A stretch of DNA of 64,000 nt, taken from contig JBBRLQ010000002.1 of assembly GCA_038231275.1 (NCBI GenBank), forward strand, positions 160,001-224,000. Direction: 5' to 3'. The notes under the pieces are model-generated. The model made no database searches, was not told the origin of the DNA, and saw only the letters and a list, made by a program, of their open reading frames with translations. This DNA is from Polyangiales bacterium (lineage in GTDB: Bacteria > Myxococcota_A > Polyangia > Polyangiales > Polyangiaceae). A program made the translations under genes and the position numbers. Below, one piece after another: positions 50,005 to 59,347 of the stretch. The number at the start of each line of letters is the position of its first letter. The first letter of the stretch is position 1.

Positions 50005-50031
50005 TGTCGATTCTCGGCCGGCCCGAACGTC
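50005..50031 (+). promoter_or_regulatory. ECF42-type promoter TGTCGA-N17-CGTC
   Basis: Motif directly upstream of the YciI/DGPF gene. Confidence 0.65.
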
Positions 50032-50066
50032 GTTACGGTGAGAACGCCGTCATCTCTGGAGGAGCC

Positions 50067-50417
50067 ATGCAATTTCTTCTTCTGATCCACGAGAGCGAGA
50101 ACCAGACCCGAACGCCCGCCGACCGCGAGGCGATGCAAGCCGACTACGTCGTCTACACGAAGGAGCTCATGGCCGCCGGCGTCATGCGCGGCGGTGACCC
50201 GCTGCAGCCGTCGGCGACGGGGGCAAAGGTCTCCGTCCGCGAAGGCAAGCGTCGCGTCGTCGACGGGCCGTTCACCGAAGCGAAGGAAGTCCTCGGCGGC
50301 TACTACATGATCGACGTCCCCGATTTGGCTGCGGCGGTCGGCTGGGCCGAAAAATGCCCGGGCGCCAAGGTTGGGACCATGGAAGTCCGTGAGGTGAGGC
50401 CGTACCCCAAGCCCTGA
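50067..50417 (+). CDS. YciI/DGPF-family protein
   Basis: GGAGG RBS; VVDGPFTEAKEVLGGYYMI..EVR. Confidence 0.92.
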   Translation: MQFLLLIHESENQTRTPADREAMQADYVVYTKELMAAGVMRGGDPLQPSATGAKVSVREGKRRVVDGPFTEAKEVLGGYYMIDVPDLAAAVGWAEKCPGAKVGTMEVREVRPYPKP

Positions 50418-50451
50418 TCCGCCGGCGCCCGAAACCGGATAGAACGAGGGG

Positions 50452-51690
50452 GTGCCGCCGACTGCCCCCCTCGTGGAGTCGCTCGTCCGCAAGGAGACGT
50501 GGCGGCTCGTCGCGCGCCTGACGCGCATGGTCGGGGACGTCGATCTCGCCGAGGAGATCGCGCAAGACGCGCTCGTCGCCGCGCTCGAGACGTGGCCGGG
50601 GACGGGTGCGCCCGAAAACCCCGGGGCATGGCTCATGGCAACCGCGAAGAACCGCGCGCTCGACGCGCTGCGCAAGCGAAAGAACGCGTCGGCGCGCGAA
50701 GGTGACGTGACGTGGCACGAGGAGGCGTTGCGCGGGGCGTCGTTCGACGACACTCCCGACGCGGTCCACGACGACAAGCTGCGCCTGGTCTTCGTGTGCT
50801 GTCACCCTCGCCTTCCGCGCGAGCAGCAGGTCGCGCTCACACTGCGCCTCGTCGCCGGCCTGACGACCGACGAGATCGCGCGCGCGTTCCTGGCGCCTGA
50901 GCCGACGATCGCGCAGCGCATCGTGCGCGCGAAGAAGACGATCAAGGAGCTCGCGCTGCCCTACGAGGTGCCCGGCGCCGCGGAGCTCGAGGAGCGCTTG
51001 CCGAGCGTGCTCGAGGTGGCGTACCTCGTCTTCAACGAGGGCTACGCGGCGGCGAGCGGAGATGCGCTGATCCGCAAGGACATGTGCGCCGAGGCGCTCC
51101 GGCTCGGGCACGCGCTCGCCGAGCTCTTGCCGACCGAGCCAGAGGTGCTCGGCTTGGTCGCTCTGATGGAGATCCAGTCGTCGCGCGCGGCGACGCGCGT
51201 AGGGCACGACGGCGAGCTGGTGCTCCTCGCCGATCAGGATCGCGCGCGCTGGGATCGAGGTGCGATCGCGCGCGGCCTCGAGATGCTGGCGCGCGCGACG
51301 GCGGCGGAGCGGCGCGGCACCTACGTGGTCCAGGCGCAGATCGCGGCGTGCCACGCGCGCGCGGCGTCGGCGGAGACCACCGACTGGCACGCGATCGCCT
51401 GGCTCTACGCGGATCTGGCGCGCATCGAGCCGTCGCCGATCGTCGAGATGAACCGCGCCGTCGCGGTGAGCATGGCGGACGGTCCCGCCGCCGGCCTCGT
51501 GGTGCTGGACACCGTCGCGGGCGATCCGCAGCTCGCACGCTATCACTTGTTTCCGTCGGTGCGCGCGGACATGCTCCGCCGACTTGGCCGAAACGACGCC
51601 GCGCGCGCCGAGTACGCACGCGCCATCGAGCTCTCTACGAACGAGCGCGAGACCGCATTCTTGCAACGACGGCTACGGGAGGTTTCATGA
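50452..51690 (+). CDS. ECF42-type sigma factor with C-terminal TPR extension
   Basis: LAEEIAQDA..WP..P.NPGAWL; LRLVFVCCHP; AQRIVRAK; YLVFNEGY; QDRARWD; YVVQAQIAACH. Confidence 0.92.
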   Translation: MPPTAPLVESLVRKETWRLVARLTRMVGDVDLAEEIAQDALVAALETWPGTGAPENPGAWLMATAKNRALDALRKRKNASAREGDVTWHEEALRGASFDDTPDAVHDDKLRLVFVCCHPRLPREQQVALTLRLVAGLTTDEIARAFLAPEPTIAQRIVRAKKTIKELALPYEVPGAAELEERLPSVLEVAYLVFNEGYAAASGDALIRKDMCAEALRLGHALAELLPTEPEVLGLVALMEIQSSRAATRVGHDGELVLLADQDRARWDRGAIARGLEMLARATAAERRGTYVVQAQIAACHARAASAETTDWHAIAWLYADLARIEPSPIVEMNRAVAVSMADGPAAGLVVLDTVAGDPQLARYHLFPSVRADMLRRLGRNDAARAEYARAIELSTNERETAFLQRRLREVS

Positions 51691-52058
51691 CCGAGCACCA
51701 GCTGCTGGTGAAGGGGCTCGGCGCGAGCCCGGGACGTGCGCACGGACCGATCGCGTTCTCGGGGGCCGCGACGATCGCGCTCGCCGCGAAGGGCACGCCG
51801 GCGATCTTCGTATGCATCGAGGCCGGCGCAGAAGACGCCGACGGCGTGCGTGCCTGCGCGGCGCTCGTGACGACACGCGGCGGCGTGACGGGCGACGGGG
51901 CCATCATGGCGCGCGCGCTCGGCAAGCCATGCCTCACGAGCTGCGGCGCCGTCATCGTCCGCGTGCGCGACAAGCTGCTCGAAGTCGGCGACGTCACCGT
52001 GCGCGAGGGGGATCTCGTCACGCTCGACGCGTCCAACGGCGCCTTGTACGTCGGCTGA
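51687..52058 (+). CDS. Stand-alone PEP-utilising enzyme mobile (phosphohistidine swivel) domain lacking the His
   Basis: GGAGG RBS, ATGA overlap; GLGASPG, TRGGVTGDGAIMARALGKPC, EGDLVTLDASNG match the PPDK central domain. Confidence 0.8.
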   Translation: MTEHQLLVKGLGASPGRAHGPIAFSGAATIALAAKGTPAIFVCIEAGAEDADGVRACAALVTTRGGVTGDGAIMARALGKPCLTSCGAVIVRVRDKLLEVGDVTVREGDLVTLDASNGALYVG

Positions 52059-52098
52059 CGATCCGGCCACAAACGCCTCGAATTCTAGAGCCTGCGGT

Positions 52099-52153
52099 TT
52101 GACATACGGGTCCGTATGTGGAACACCACTTGACATACGAGACCGTATGTCAA
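52099..52153. promoter_or_regulatory. Tandem palindromic operator TTGACATACG-N4-CGTATGT(CAA/GGA), two copies
   Basis: Copies at 52099-52122 and 52130-52153 (second is a perfect 10-bp inverted repeat), directly before GGAGG RBS. Confidence 0.8.
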
Positions 52154-52166
52154 TGGAGGCGACCCG

Positions 52167-52721
52167 ATGACCGCGACCACGACGCACCGAAAGAGCACGA
52201 CCCGCCACGCGCCCGAAGGCGCCAACGAAAGCGCCCACGAAGGCGCCGCGCTCACCCTCGACGGCCTCCTCGACCTTGGATGCGACGCCCTCCAGAAGCT
52301 GTACGAAGGCGCGCGTGTTCCGCGCATCCCGGACGTGCGCGGGGATCTGCGCGGTCGGATGCTCGCGTGGCCCGCGCTGAAGCCGCCGGTGAGCACCGCC
52401 ATCCGCGCGTTCGCCGGCTCGCGCGTCTTTCCGTGGCGCGGCAAGAGCTTCTCGCCGCAAGGTGAGGACCGCGGCGAAGGCATGAACCGCGTCGTCCGCG
52501 ATCGCTTCAAGCTGTACCGCTTCGAGACGTTCGTCGACCGCTCGCGCGCGGGCGACTTCGACTGCGTCCAGCTCGACTACGATCTCCCCGAGAACCCATT
52601 CTTCATCCGCCCGATCAAGGACGAGATCCGCGAGATCGCGCCGAAGCTCTACCTCGGGCAGGCCTACCTCCAGCTGAAGGAGAAGACGCACCTCGTCCTC
52701 TACTTCGCGCTCGCGGGATGA
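52167..52721 (+). CDS. Conserved hypothetical protein
   Basis: GGAGG RBS; PWRGKSF..G.NRV..LDYDLPENP..I.DEIRE..LYLG. Confidence 0.75.
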   Translation: MTATTTHRKSTTRHAPEGANESAHEGAALTLDGLLDLGCDALQKLYEGARVPRIPDVRGDLRGRMLAWPALKPPVSTAIRAFAGSRVFPWRGKSFSPQGEDRGEGMNRVVRDRFKLYRFETFVDRSRAGDFDCVQLDYDLPENPFFIRPIKDEIREIAPKLYLGQAYLQLKEKTHLVLYFALAG

Positions 52722-53782
52722 AGGCGCTCGTCACCGGCGCCGCCGGCTTCATCGGCGCGCACGTGGTCAAGGAGCTCCTCGCGGCCGGACACGAGGTCCG
52801 GGCGCTCCATCTGCCGAACGACGACACGCGCAACCTCCGCGGCCTCGAGGTCGAGGCTGTCGCGGGCGACGTGACCGATCGAGAGAGCATGCGGCGCGCG
52901 GTGGCGGGACGAGACTGGGTCTTCCACCTCGCGGCGATCTACGCCTTGTGGACGCGCGATCCCGCGCGCATGCAGCGCGTCAACGTGGAGGGCACGCGCA
53001 TCGTGCTCGAGGAGGCGCGCCGTGCTGGAGTCGCGCGCGTCGTGCATACGAGCTCGATCGCGCGCTTCGGCGGGCAAGGGCCGGACAGGCGGGCGACCGA
53101 AGAGAGTCCCTTCGCGCTCGGCCCGACCGGCGACGCCTACTCGCAGAGCAAGGCGCGCGCGCACGAGGTGGCCGTGCAGGCCGCGGCGGACGGGCAGGAC
53201 GTGGTGATCGTGGCGCCGTGCGGTCCGATCGGGCCGGGCGACGTCGGGCCGACGCCCACCGGTCGCCTGCTCATCGCCGCGGTGACGATGCCGGCGTCAA
53301 TCGTGACGCGGACGTCGAGCAACTTCGCCCATGTCCGCGACATGGCGCGCGCGCACGTCGCCGCCGCCACGCGAGGAGAGCGCGGTGAGACGTACTTGCT
53401 CGGGAGCCGCGACGTGGAGCTGACCGAGCTCGCGCGCGTCGCGCAGCGCATCTGTGGCCTTCGCCGCCCCATCGTGCGGGCACCGTTTCGTATCGCCTCG
53501 GCTGCGGGGATCGCGGCGACGATGTGGGCGAACCGAACGGGCACCCCTCCCCTCCTCACGCGCGCGGCCGTCCGGATCGCGCGGCTGGGCCTCCGCGCAG
53601 ACTGCACCAAAGCAGAGCGGTGCCTCGGAATGGAGCACACGCCCATCGAGACCGCGATCCGCGACGCGCTCGTCTGGTTCGCGCGCGAGGGCTATTTTCA
53701 CGACGAAACGCTGGTCCGGCGCCTCCTTCGCGATGCACCTCACGCGCCGGCGAGCGCGGGACCGATCCCTGCATTAGGTTAA
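52718..53782 (+). CDS. NAD-dependent epimerase/dehydratase (dihydroflavonol reductase/HpnA-like)
   Basis: LVTGAAGFIG, VFHLAA, NVEGT, HTSS, YSQSK, GPGDVGPTPTG. Confidence 0.88.
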   Translation: MKALVTGAAGFIGAHVVKELLAAGHEVRALHLPNDDTRNLRGLEVEAVAGDVTDRESMRRAVAGRDWVFHLAAIYALWTRDPARMQRVNVEGTRIVLEEARRAGVARVVHTSSIARFGGQGPDRRATEESPFALGPTGDAYSQSKARAHEVAVQAAADGQDVVIVAPCGPIGPGDVGPTPTGRLLIAAVTMPASIVTRTSSNFAHVRDMARAHVAAATRGERGETYLLGSRDVELTELARVAQRICGLRRPIVRAPFRIASAAGIAATMWANRTGTPPLLTRAAVRIARLGLRADCTKAERCLGMEHTPIETAIRDALVWFAREGYFHDETLVRRLLRDAPHAPASAGPIPALG

Positions 53783-53788
53783 CTCCCT

Positions 53789-54775
53789 GTGAACGACTCG
53801 CACGTGACACCGGTAGGGCTCAATCGCTCCACGTGCCTGCCGCACCAGTTCCGGGAGCTGCCGCTCGACGTCCTCGGCCTACACCACGCGTACGCGCGCG
53901 CCAAAGAGATGCACGCGATCCGGCCAGCCGCGCTCGGCGTCGCGGGCTACCGCATCTTCGTCGTCTTTCGCGAGAACGTCCGCGCGATCGATCTCCCCGC
54001 GTCGCCCGACGCATACATGATCCTCGGGCGTCACACCCACTGCGACGTGGTCCTCGACGTCGATCCGACGATCGCGCTGCGTCACCTCCTCGTGCGCGCC
54101 ATCGTTCAGCCGGACGGCACAGTCGGCGTGCGGATCCTGGATTTGCAGACGACGCTCGCGTTCCACGTCGACGACGGCGGGCCGTGCCGATCGATCTTCG
54201 CGATCGGACCGATCGCCGTGCGCCTCGGCCCCTACGCGATCGTCGCGCTGCCGCTCGACAAGGTGGGCCTCCCTCCCGCGCTGCCGAAGCCGACGCTGTC
54301 GCGCGCGACGTCGATGCAGCTCGCGGTGCAAGGCGGACCGTACCGCGCCGCCGCGGCGAAGGGGACCGGCGCGTTCCGCAGCTCGCACATCACGATCTTG
54401 CCGAGCGCGCCGTCGCTCGAAGATTTGCCGCTCGCGAACGCGCGCGCCGGCTACGGGCGCGTGACGCTCGACGGCACAGGGCGCATGGCGTCGATCGAGG
54501 TGCCGGAGGCGGAGCTCGACGCCGGCATCCTCCTCGGGCGGGCGCTGAAGTGCAAAGACGAGGGGCTGCGCTCGATGCTGGATCTCTCCATCTCGCGCGC
54601 GCACTTGCTCCTCTTGCGCGAAGACGGGCGCACCTGCGCGTTCGATCTCTCGAGCACACGCGGCACCTACGCGTACGGCGCGCGCGTGCGGCGCGTCCTC
54701 TTGCCGGACACTGGGGCGACCCTGTCCCTCGCAGACCCTCACGGGCTCAGGCTGCACTGGCACCGGCGCGTCTGA
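53789..54775 (+). CDS. Protein with two FHA-like domains
   Basis: LGRHTHCDVVL..IALRH..DL and LGRALKC..SISRAH..DLSSTRGT; start uncertain. Confidence 0.65.
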   Translation: MNDSHVTPVGLNRSTCLPHQFRELPLDVLGLHHAYARAKEMHAIRPAALGVAGYRIFVVFRENVRAIDLPASPDAYMILGRHTHCDVVLDVDPTIALRHLLVRAIVQPDGTVGVRILDLQTTLAFHVDDGGPCRSIFAIGPIAVRLGPYAIVALPLDKVGLPPALPKPTLSRATSMQLAVQGGPYRAAAAKGTGAFRSSHITILPSAPSLEDLPLANARAGYGRVTLDGTGRMASIEVPEAELDAGILLGRALKCKDEGLRSMLDLSISRAHLLLLREDGRTCAFDLSSTRGTYAYGARVRRVLLPDTGATLSLADPHGLRLHWHRRV

Positions 54776-54810
54776 GGCGACCATGTGTCGGCCTGAGGTA
54801 AGCTCGGGCC

Positions 54811-55299
54811 ATGACGAATCGGTTCCTCGCCGTCGCGTCGCTCTTCGCCTTCACCGCGCTCGCCTGCACGCCCGCCAAGAGCGCGCAGGCTCCGCCCGTC
54901 GAAGGCGACGTCGCGCGCGTGCTCGACGACTGGCACGACGCCGCCGCCCGCGCCGACGAAGAGCGCTACTTCGGGCACATGGCCGAAGCCGGCGTATTTC
55001 TCGGCACCGACATGACCGAGCGCTGGGACAAGACCGCCTTTCGCGCGTACGCGCACCCCCACTTCGCGAAGGGCAAGGCCTGGAGCTTTCGCGCCGTCGA
55101 GCGTCACGTGCGGTTCGACGCGGACGGCGGCGTCGCGTGGTTCGACGAGCGGCTCGACACGCCGAACCTCGGCCCCGCGCGCGGCAGCGGCGTCCTCGTG
55201 CGCGCGCCCGGCGGTCCGTGGCGCATCGCGCACTACGATCTCTCGGTACCGATCCCGAACGAGAAATTCGCCGACGTCAAAGCGCTCATCGCCAAGTAA
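54811..55299 (+). CDS. SnoaL-like/NTF2 family lipoprotein
   Basis: ALAC lipobox; LDDWHDAAA..YF..FLGTD.TERW..AWFDERL..RGSGVL..WRIAHY. Confidence 0.85.
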   Translation: MTNRFLAVASLFAFTALACTPAKSAQAPPVEGDVARVLDDWHDAAARADEERYFGHMAEAGVFLGTDMTERWDKTAFRAYAHPHFAKGKAWSFRAVERHVRFDADGGVAWFDERLDTPNLGPARGSGVLVRAPGGPWRIAHYDLSVPIPNEKFADVKALIAK

Positions 55300-55329
55300 C
55301 GATCGTCGCTACCGCTCCTCGGCATCGCC

Positions 55330-56697
55330 TCACTCTTCGAGCCGATAGAGCGCCCCGCCCCGCTGCCCGCCGGCGTAGAGGCGATCGTCCAGCACTGCGA
55401 GCGGCGCGACGCAGAAGATGTCGCCTATCTCGAATGGGCTTTTCTTGTCGTCGATCGTCGCGATGTCACGCGTCCGTCCGTCGTCGCCGAGCCGAAGGAG
55501 GCGGCGCTCGGTGAGGACCACGAGGCCGTCACGGTAGCGTGTGATGTCGGTCGGGCGGCCGGATCCTTCGGGCAGATCGACGACGCTCCACGTGTCGCCG
55601 TCCTCGGAAACGCGAAGGTGCACGCCGTCGCGGGCAGCGGCGATCCAGAACAAGCGTGGCGCGCGTCCGGGCGCAGCGTCCGCGTACCACCTCAGCGTCT
55701 GTGCGGTACCGACGACGCGCGCGGGGTGCGCGTCCTCACGCCGGATCGTCTGCACGTCGGCCGGCGGGGAGAACATGACGTAGTCGTTCGGCTCGCGCGC
55801 GTCGTAGTCCTGGATGCCCGCGTAGAGGCGGTCTTTGAAGCGCACCATGAACCCGAGCCGCCAGACGCCGTTCTGCCACGGGAAGGGATAGTCGGTCTCG
55901 TAGGTCCACCGCGTCAGCTCTTCGTTCGCGACGTGAAGGGCGCCGGGCGACGCGCCGTGCCATGCGCGCTCGGTCGGCGGCACCGATCCGGTCGACGCAT
56001 AGAAGCGCCCCCGAAATCGGATCGTGTCGAGCACGTGGTACGCGCGCGGCAAGACGCCGACGCCCTTCGGCGGGTGGTAGTGCGGCATCGTCGGTGACGT
56101 GAATTTGCCGTCGGTGTCGGAAACGAAGACGTATCCCTCGGTCCCCTTGTCCACGAGGCCGAAGCCTCCGTAGGGTGGATCGGCGTCGGGGACGACCAGA
56201 CGCCCGGCCGACGCGTGCACGCGCACGAAGCCTTGCCCTGCGCCGCCGCCGCCGGTCGGCTCGCCGGGCCGGTTCCAGTCGAACGCGACCGTGAAGGGCC
56301 GCGCCTCGTTCGCCGGATCGTAGCGCGTGATCGTCGCGCCATCGGTGCCGAGCGGCTGGTTCGCGTGCGCCGCGTAGAGCGCGCCCTTGAACGGCGTCAG
56401 ATCGCAAATGCGCGTGAGGGCGAGCGGCGGCCGTCCCACCTTCACGAAGCGCGCGGCCGTGGGGAGCGTGCCTCTTCCGACATCGACCGGATCGTCGTCG
56501 CCGTCGGGCTCGATCTTCACCGACGCCGCGTCTGCCTCGGCCGTCGCGGCGGCGACCGTTGCGGATGCGTCGTCGAACCCGGCGTCGTCGGGCGCGCGCG
56601 CGGCTCGGGGCGGTTCGCCCTGCGTCGCCTCCGCGCGCGGGGGAGCCGGCCCCCGGGCGCACGCCGCCAAAAAACACGAGACGACGCAGAGACGCAT
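55330..56697 (-). CDS. Hypothetical lipoprotein, probable beta-propeller
   Basis: MRLCVVSCFLAAC lipobox; repeated F.GRLYA strands; SEDGDTW Asp-box-like motif. Confidence 0.65.
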   Translation of the reverse strand: MRLCVVSCFLAACARGPAPPRAEATQGEPPRAARAPDDAGFDDASATVAAATAEADAASVKIEPDGDDDPVDVGRGTLPTAARFVKVGRPPLALTRICDLTPFKGALYAAHANQPLGTDGATITRYDPANEARPFTVAFDWNRPGEPTGGGGAGQGFVRVHASAGRLVVPDADPPYGGFGLVDKGTEGYVFVSDTDGKFTSPTMPHYHPPKGVGVLPRAYHVLDTIRFRGRFYASTGSVPPTERAWHGASPGALHVANEELTRWTYETDYPFPWQNGVWRLGFMVRFKDRLYAGIQDYDAREPNDYVMFSPPADVQTIRREDAHPARVVGTAQTLRWYADAAPGRAPRLFWIAAARDGVHLRVSEDGDTWSVVDLPEGSGRPTDITRYRDGLVVLTERRLLRLGDDGRTRDIATIDDKKSPFEIGDIFCVAPLAVLDDRLYAGGQRGGALYRLEE

Positions 56698-56750
56698 AAT
56701 CGACCTTGGACTTGCATCCGAGCTCGTCCTTGGGACGATAGGATCCTCAC

Positions 56751-57758
56751 ATGGGTGCATCACTTCGCCAGGCGCTCCTCGCCGCTCCGGTCTCCCTCCT
56801 CCTTCTTCTCGCGTGCAGCTCGAATAGTGACACGTTGGGCGGCGGATCTTCCGGCTCGAGCGGCACCACGTCCAGCTCGGGGAGCTCGGGAAGCTCGTCT
56901 GGCACCTCGGGCGCAAGCTCGGGAACGTCGGGTACCTCGGGCACGTCAGGCACCTCGGGAACGTCGGGTACCTCGGGAACGTCAGGCAGCTCCGGCACTT
57001 CGGGCACCTCAGGCGCCTCAGGCACCTCGGGCTCCTCCGGCGGCGGCGACGGCGGAACGATCGGCAAGCTCACCCCCGGCGACTCGACGCTCACGATCAA
57101 CGCTGCCAATACTGCGCGCTCGATCCTCCTGCACGTCCCCACGGCCGTCACGAAAGGCCCATTGCCGCTCGTCATCGCGCTCCATGGCAACGGCGATCAG
57201 AACACGAACTTCGTCGCGACCTCCGGCATCAAGGCGCTCGCGGACGTCGACGGCTTCGTCCTCGCCGCGCCGCAAGGCATCCCTCAAACGATCACGGTCG
57301 GCGGCCAAACGCTCTCGAACATCTCCTGGGACGCGTACCGCACCGTCGCCGGCGGCAACATCGATCTCCCGCTCCTCCAGGCGCTCCAGGCGCAGCTCGC
57401 CGGCACCGGATCGATCGATCTCAAGCACGTCATCGTCTACGGCTACTCGCAAGGGGGCTACATGTCCTTCCGCTACGGGATGGACGCCGCCGCGAGCCTC
57501 TCGTGCTCCGCGGTCCTCGCCGCCGCCGATCCGATGCCGGGCGCGGGCCTCGTCACCGGCGCCGCCCGAAAGATTCCGGTCGCGATCCAGATCGGCGATC
57601 AGGACTTCGGCATCAACGGCGCGAGGCAGACGAAGACCGAGCTCGAAGGAAACGGCAACCCCCTCTCGTACCTCGAGATCGCCGGGGCGGGGCACGTGCC
57701 CATCCCCGGCGATCCCAAGGCGCCGCTCGAGTGGTGCCGCACGCAGGCGCTGCCGTGA
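56751..57758 (+). CDS. Lipoprotein with (SGT)n linker and esterase/PHB-depolymerase-like domain
   Basis: LLAC lipobox; LHGNG, GYSQGG, GDQD, GAGH. Confidence 0.85.
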   Translation: MGASLRQALLAAPVSLLLLLACSSNSDTLGGGSSGSSGTTSSSGSSGSSSGTSGASSGTSGTSGTSGTSGTSGTSGTSGSSGTSGTSGASGTSGSSGGGDGGTIGKLTPGDSTLTINAANTARSILLHVPTAVTKGPLPLVIALHGNGDQNTNFVATSGIKALADVDGFVLAAPQGIPQTITVGGQTLSNISWDAYRTVAGGNIDLPLLQALQAQLAGTGSIDLKHVIVYGYSQGGYMSFRYGMDAAASLSCSAVLAAADPMPGAGLVTGAARKIPVAIQIGDQDFGINGARQTKTELEGNGNPLSYLEIAGAGHVPIPGDPKAPLEWCRTQALP

Positions 57759-57771
57759 CGCGCGAGTCGCG

Positions 57772-58698
57772 TCACTTGATCGCGTAGTCGAGCGTCATCG
57801 GCTTTCCATCGCGCGTGACGCGCACGTTGAAGCGATCTCCGTTGCGGATGCGCGCGTAGGCCTCGAGCGCCTTCTCGGGGCTCGAGATGTCGAGGCCGTT
57901 GATCGCTTCGAGTCGATCGTTGTTCGAGAGGCCGATCATCCCGAGGAGCGAGTCCGGCTTGATGCCCATGAGGCGGAGACCCGCGACACGCCCGTCCACC
58001 GTGTCGGGGGCCACGCGCGTCTGCGCCATCAGCTCGTGTTGCGACTCCAGGATCTTGTCGAGGGTCGCGCGATCGATGTCGTAGTCGGTCGGGCCGTTCT
58101 TGCGGATGCCCTTCGCGATCGCAGCGGGGACCGAGCTCTTCGTGGCGACCGTCGGCGTCGCCAGCTCCTTCGCCGACGTAGGCGGCGGCTTCGGCGGAAA
58201 GAGCGACGCCTGGCAGAGCGCCGGGCCGCGCTGCATCCACACGCGATCCCAGCCGACGAACGCGACCTTGCGATCCCCGACCTCCTCGCCGCGGCGGTGG
58301 AGCGCCCCCTTCGGGTCCGCGGTCGTGGTCAGTGCGGCGAACGACCACTCGGGATCCGAGGACGCCGCGATCGCGACGACGCGGAGGCCGTCGCACGGCG
58401 GAGCGTCGCGTAGGTCGGCAGAGCCCGTCGCGACTACGTCGGGTCCGTCACCGGCCGGAACGAGTGACGTATCGTGATCGAAGGGATTCCTCGCGAGGAT
58501 AGCGTCCGCCGACCGCGACGCCGGGGGGACCGGTGGCACGTCGCGGCCGTCGCCCGCACGCGAGGCCACCGCGAGCGCGTGCGCGTCGGGGGCGAGGCGC
58601 ATGCCGACGAGCGTGGTGATGGCGTGCGCGTCGAGCGCGGCGGCAGCGACGACGAGGACGGTCACAGCGACCCAGACGAGCTTCGGGGCGATTCGCAT
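57772..58698 (-). CDS. gspC: Type II secretion protein C (myxobacterial type, C-terminal PDZ)
   Basis: N-terminal TM, ILARNPFD, YDIDR, GLRLMGIKPDSLLGMIGL.NNDRLEAING..VTRDGK. Confidence 0.85.
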   Translation of the reverse strand: MRIAPKLVWVAVTVLVVAAAALDAHAITTLVGMRLAPDAHALAVASRAGDGRDVPPVPPASRSADAILARNPFDHDTSLVPAGDGPDVVATGSADLRDAPPCDGLRVVAIAASSDPEWSFAALTTTADPKGALHRRGEEVGDRKVAFVGWDRVWMQRGPALCQASLFPPKPPPTSAKELATPTVATKSSVPAAIAKGIRKNGPTDYDIDRATLDKILESQHELMAQTRVAPDTVDGRVAGLRLMGIKPDSLLGMIGLSNNDRLEAINGLDISSPEKALEAYARIRNGDRFNVRVTRDGKPMTLDYAIK

Positions 58699-58712
58699 AC
58701 CTCGGAGGGAGA

Positions 58713-58727
58713 GCGAATCATGTGCCA
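58713..58727 (-). promoter_or_regulatory. Sigma54-type promoter TGGCACATGATTCGC upstream of gspC
   Basis: GG-N10-GC with TGGCAC, 14 nt before ATG 58698. Confidence 0.6.
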
Positions 58728-58908
58728 CGCGCATTCCCGCAGGAGCACGCTCGCGTTCTTGCAACCCGCGCCAGCTTGTCGCGCTGGAGATGTGCTCCGC
58801 GCGCGTCCTTCGCCACTCTGTCAGCGGCCCCCCGAGCGAACGTCGTTTGCTCGAAAACGGGCAATCGACGGTAGCGACCCACCAGGGGAATTGTCTACGC
58901 TGCGCGGT

Positions 58909-59220
58909 GTGAAGAATGCTCTCGTCGCCTTCGCCGTCCTCGTCGGCGCTTGCCTCGCGGCCGCGTGCGCCGACACCTACTGCCAGTCGGGGCCGCAGCA
59001 CGGCACCTCCTGCTACTCGGGAGCGACGGTTCAGCAGAACGATCCGCTGCGCCCGGTGACGCCGAACCTGAACCCGCCCGGGCACGGCGGCGTGTCGTCG
59101 TGGCTGAAGCGCGATCCCCAAGACGCGGCGCCGCCGCAGATGTTCGGTCACCCGAAGGCGCAGGCAACGTCGTCGGCGTCGTCAGGTGCACCCGACGCGC
59201 TCGACGCCTCCGCAGAGTGA
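58909..59220 (+). CDS. Small hypothetical lipoprotein
   Basis: GTG 58909 after TACGCT-N7; VKNALVAFAVLVGACLAAAC signal/lipobox. Confidence 0.6.
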   Translation: MKNALVAFAVLVGACLAAACADTYCQSGPQHGTSCYSGATVQQNDPLRPVTPNLNPPGHGGVSSWLKRDPQDAAPPQMFGHPKAQATSSASSGAPDALDASAE

Positions 59221-59231
59221 CGACTCTCGAC

Positions 59232-59317
59232 GAGACACGCGCCCGTGTCTCACGGTGGACGTGCCAGCGCGATCTCCCACAAATATCCCCGTATTTCGGG
59301 TCGGCATACGGGCTGCA
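59232..59317 (+). promoter_or_regulatory. Palindrome GAGACACG-N4-CGTGTCTC plus sigma54-like CGGCATACGGGCTGCA
   Basis: 8-bp perfect inverted repeat 59232-59251; GG-N10-GC at 59303-59316. Confidence 0.5.
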
Positions 59318-59347
59318 ATACCGATCGTCACCACGGAGGTTCCCACC

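Noticed and set aside
52099-52158. TTGACA hexamers as a complete sigma70 promoter
   Set aside because: No TAnnnT at 16-18 nt spacing on the plus strand; kept only as an operator call
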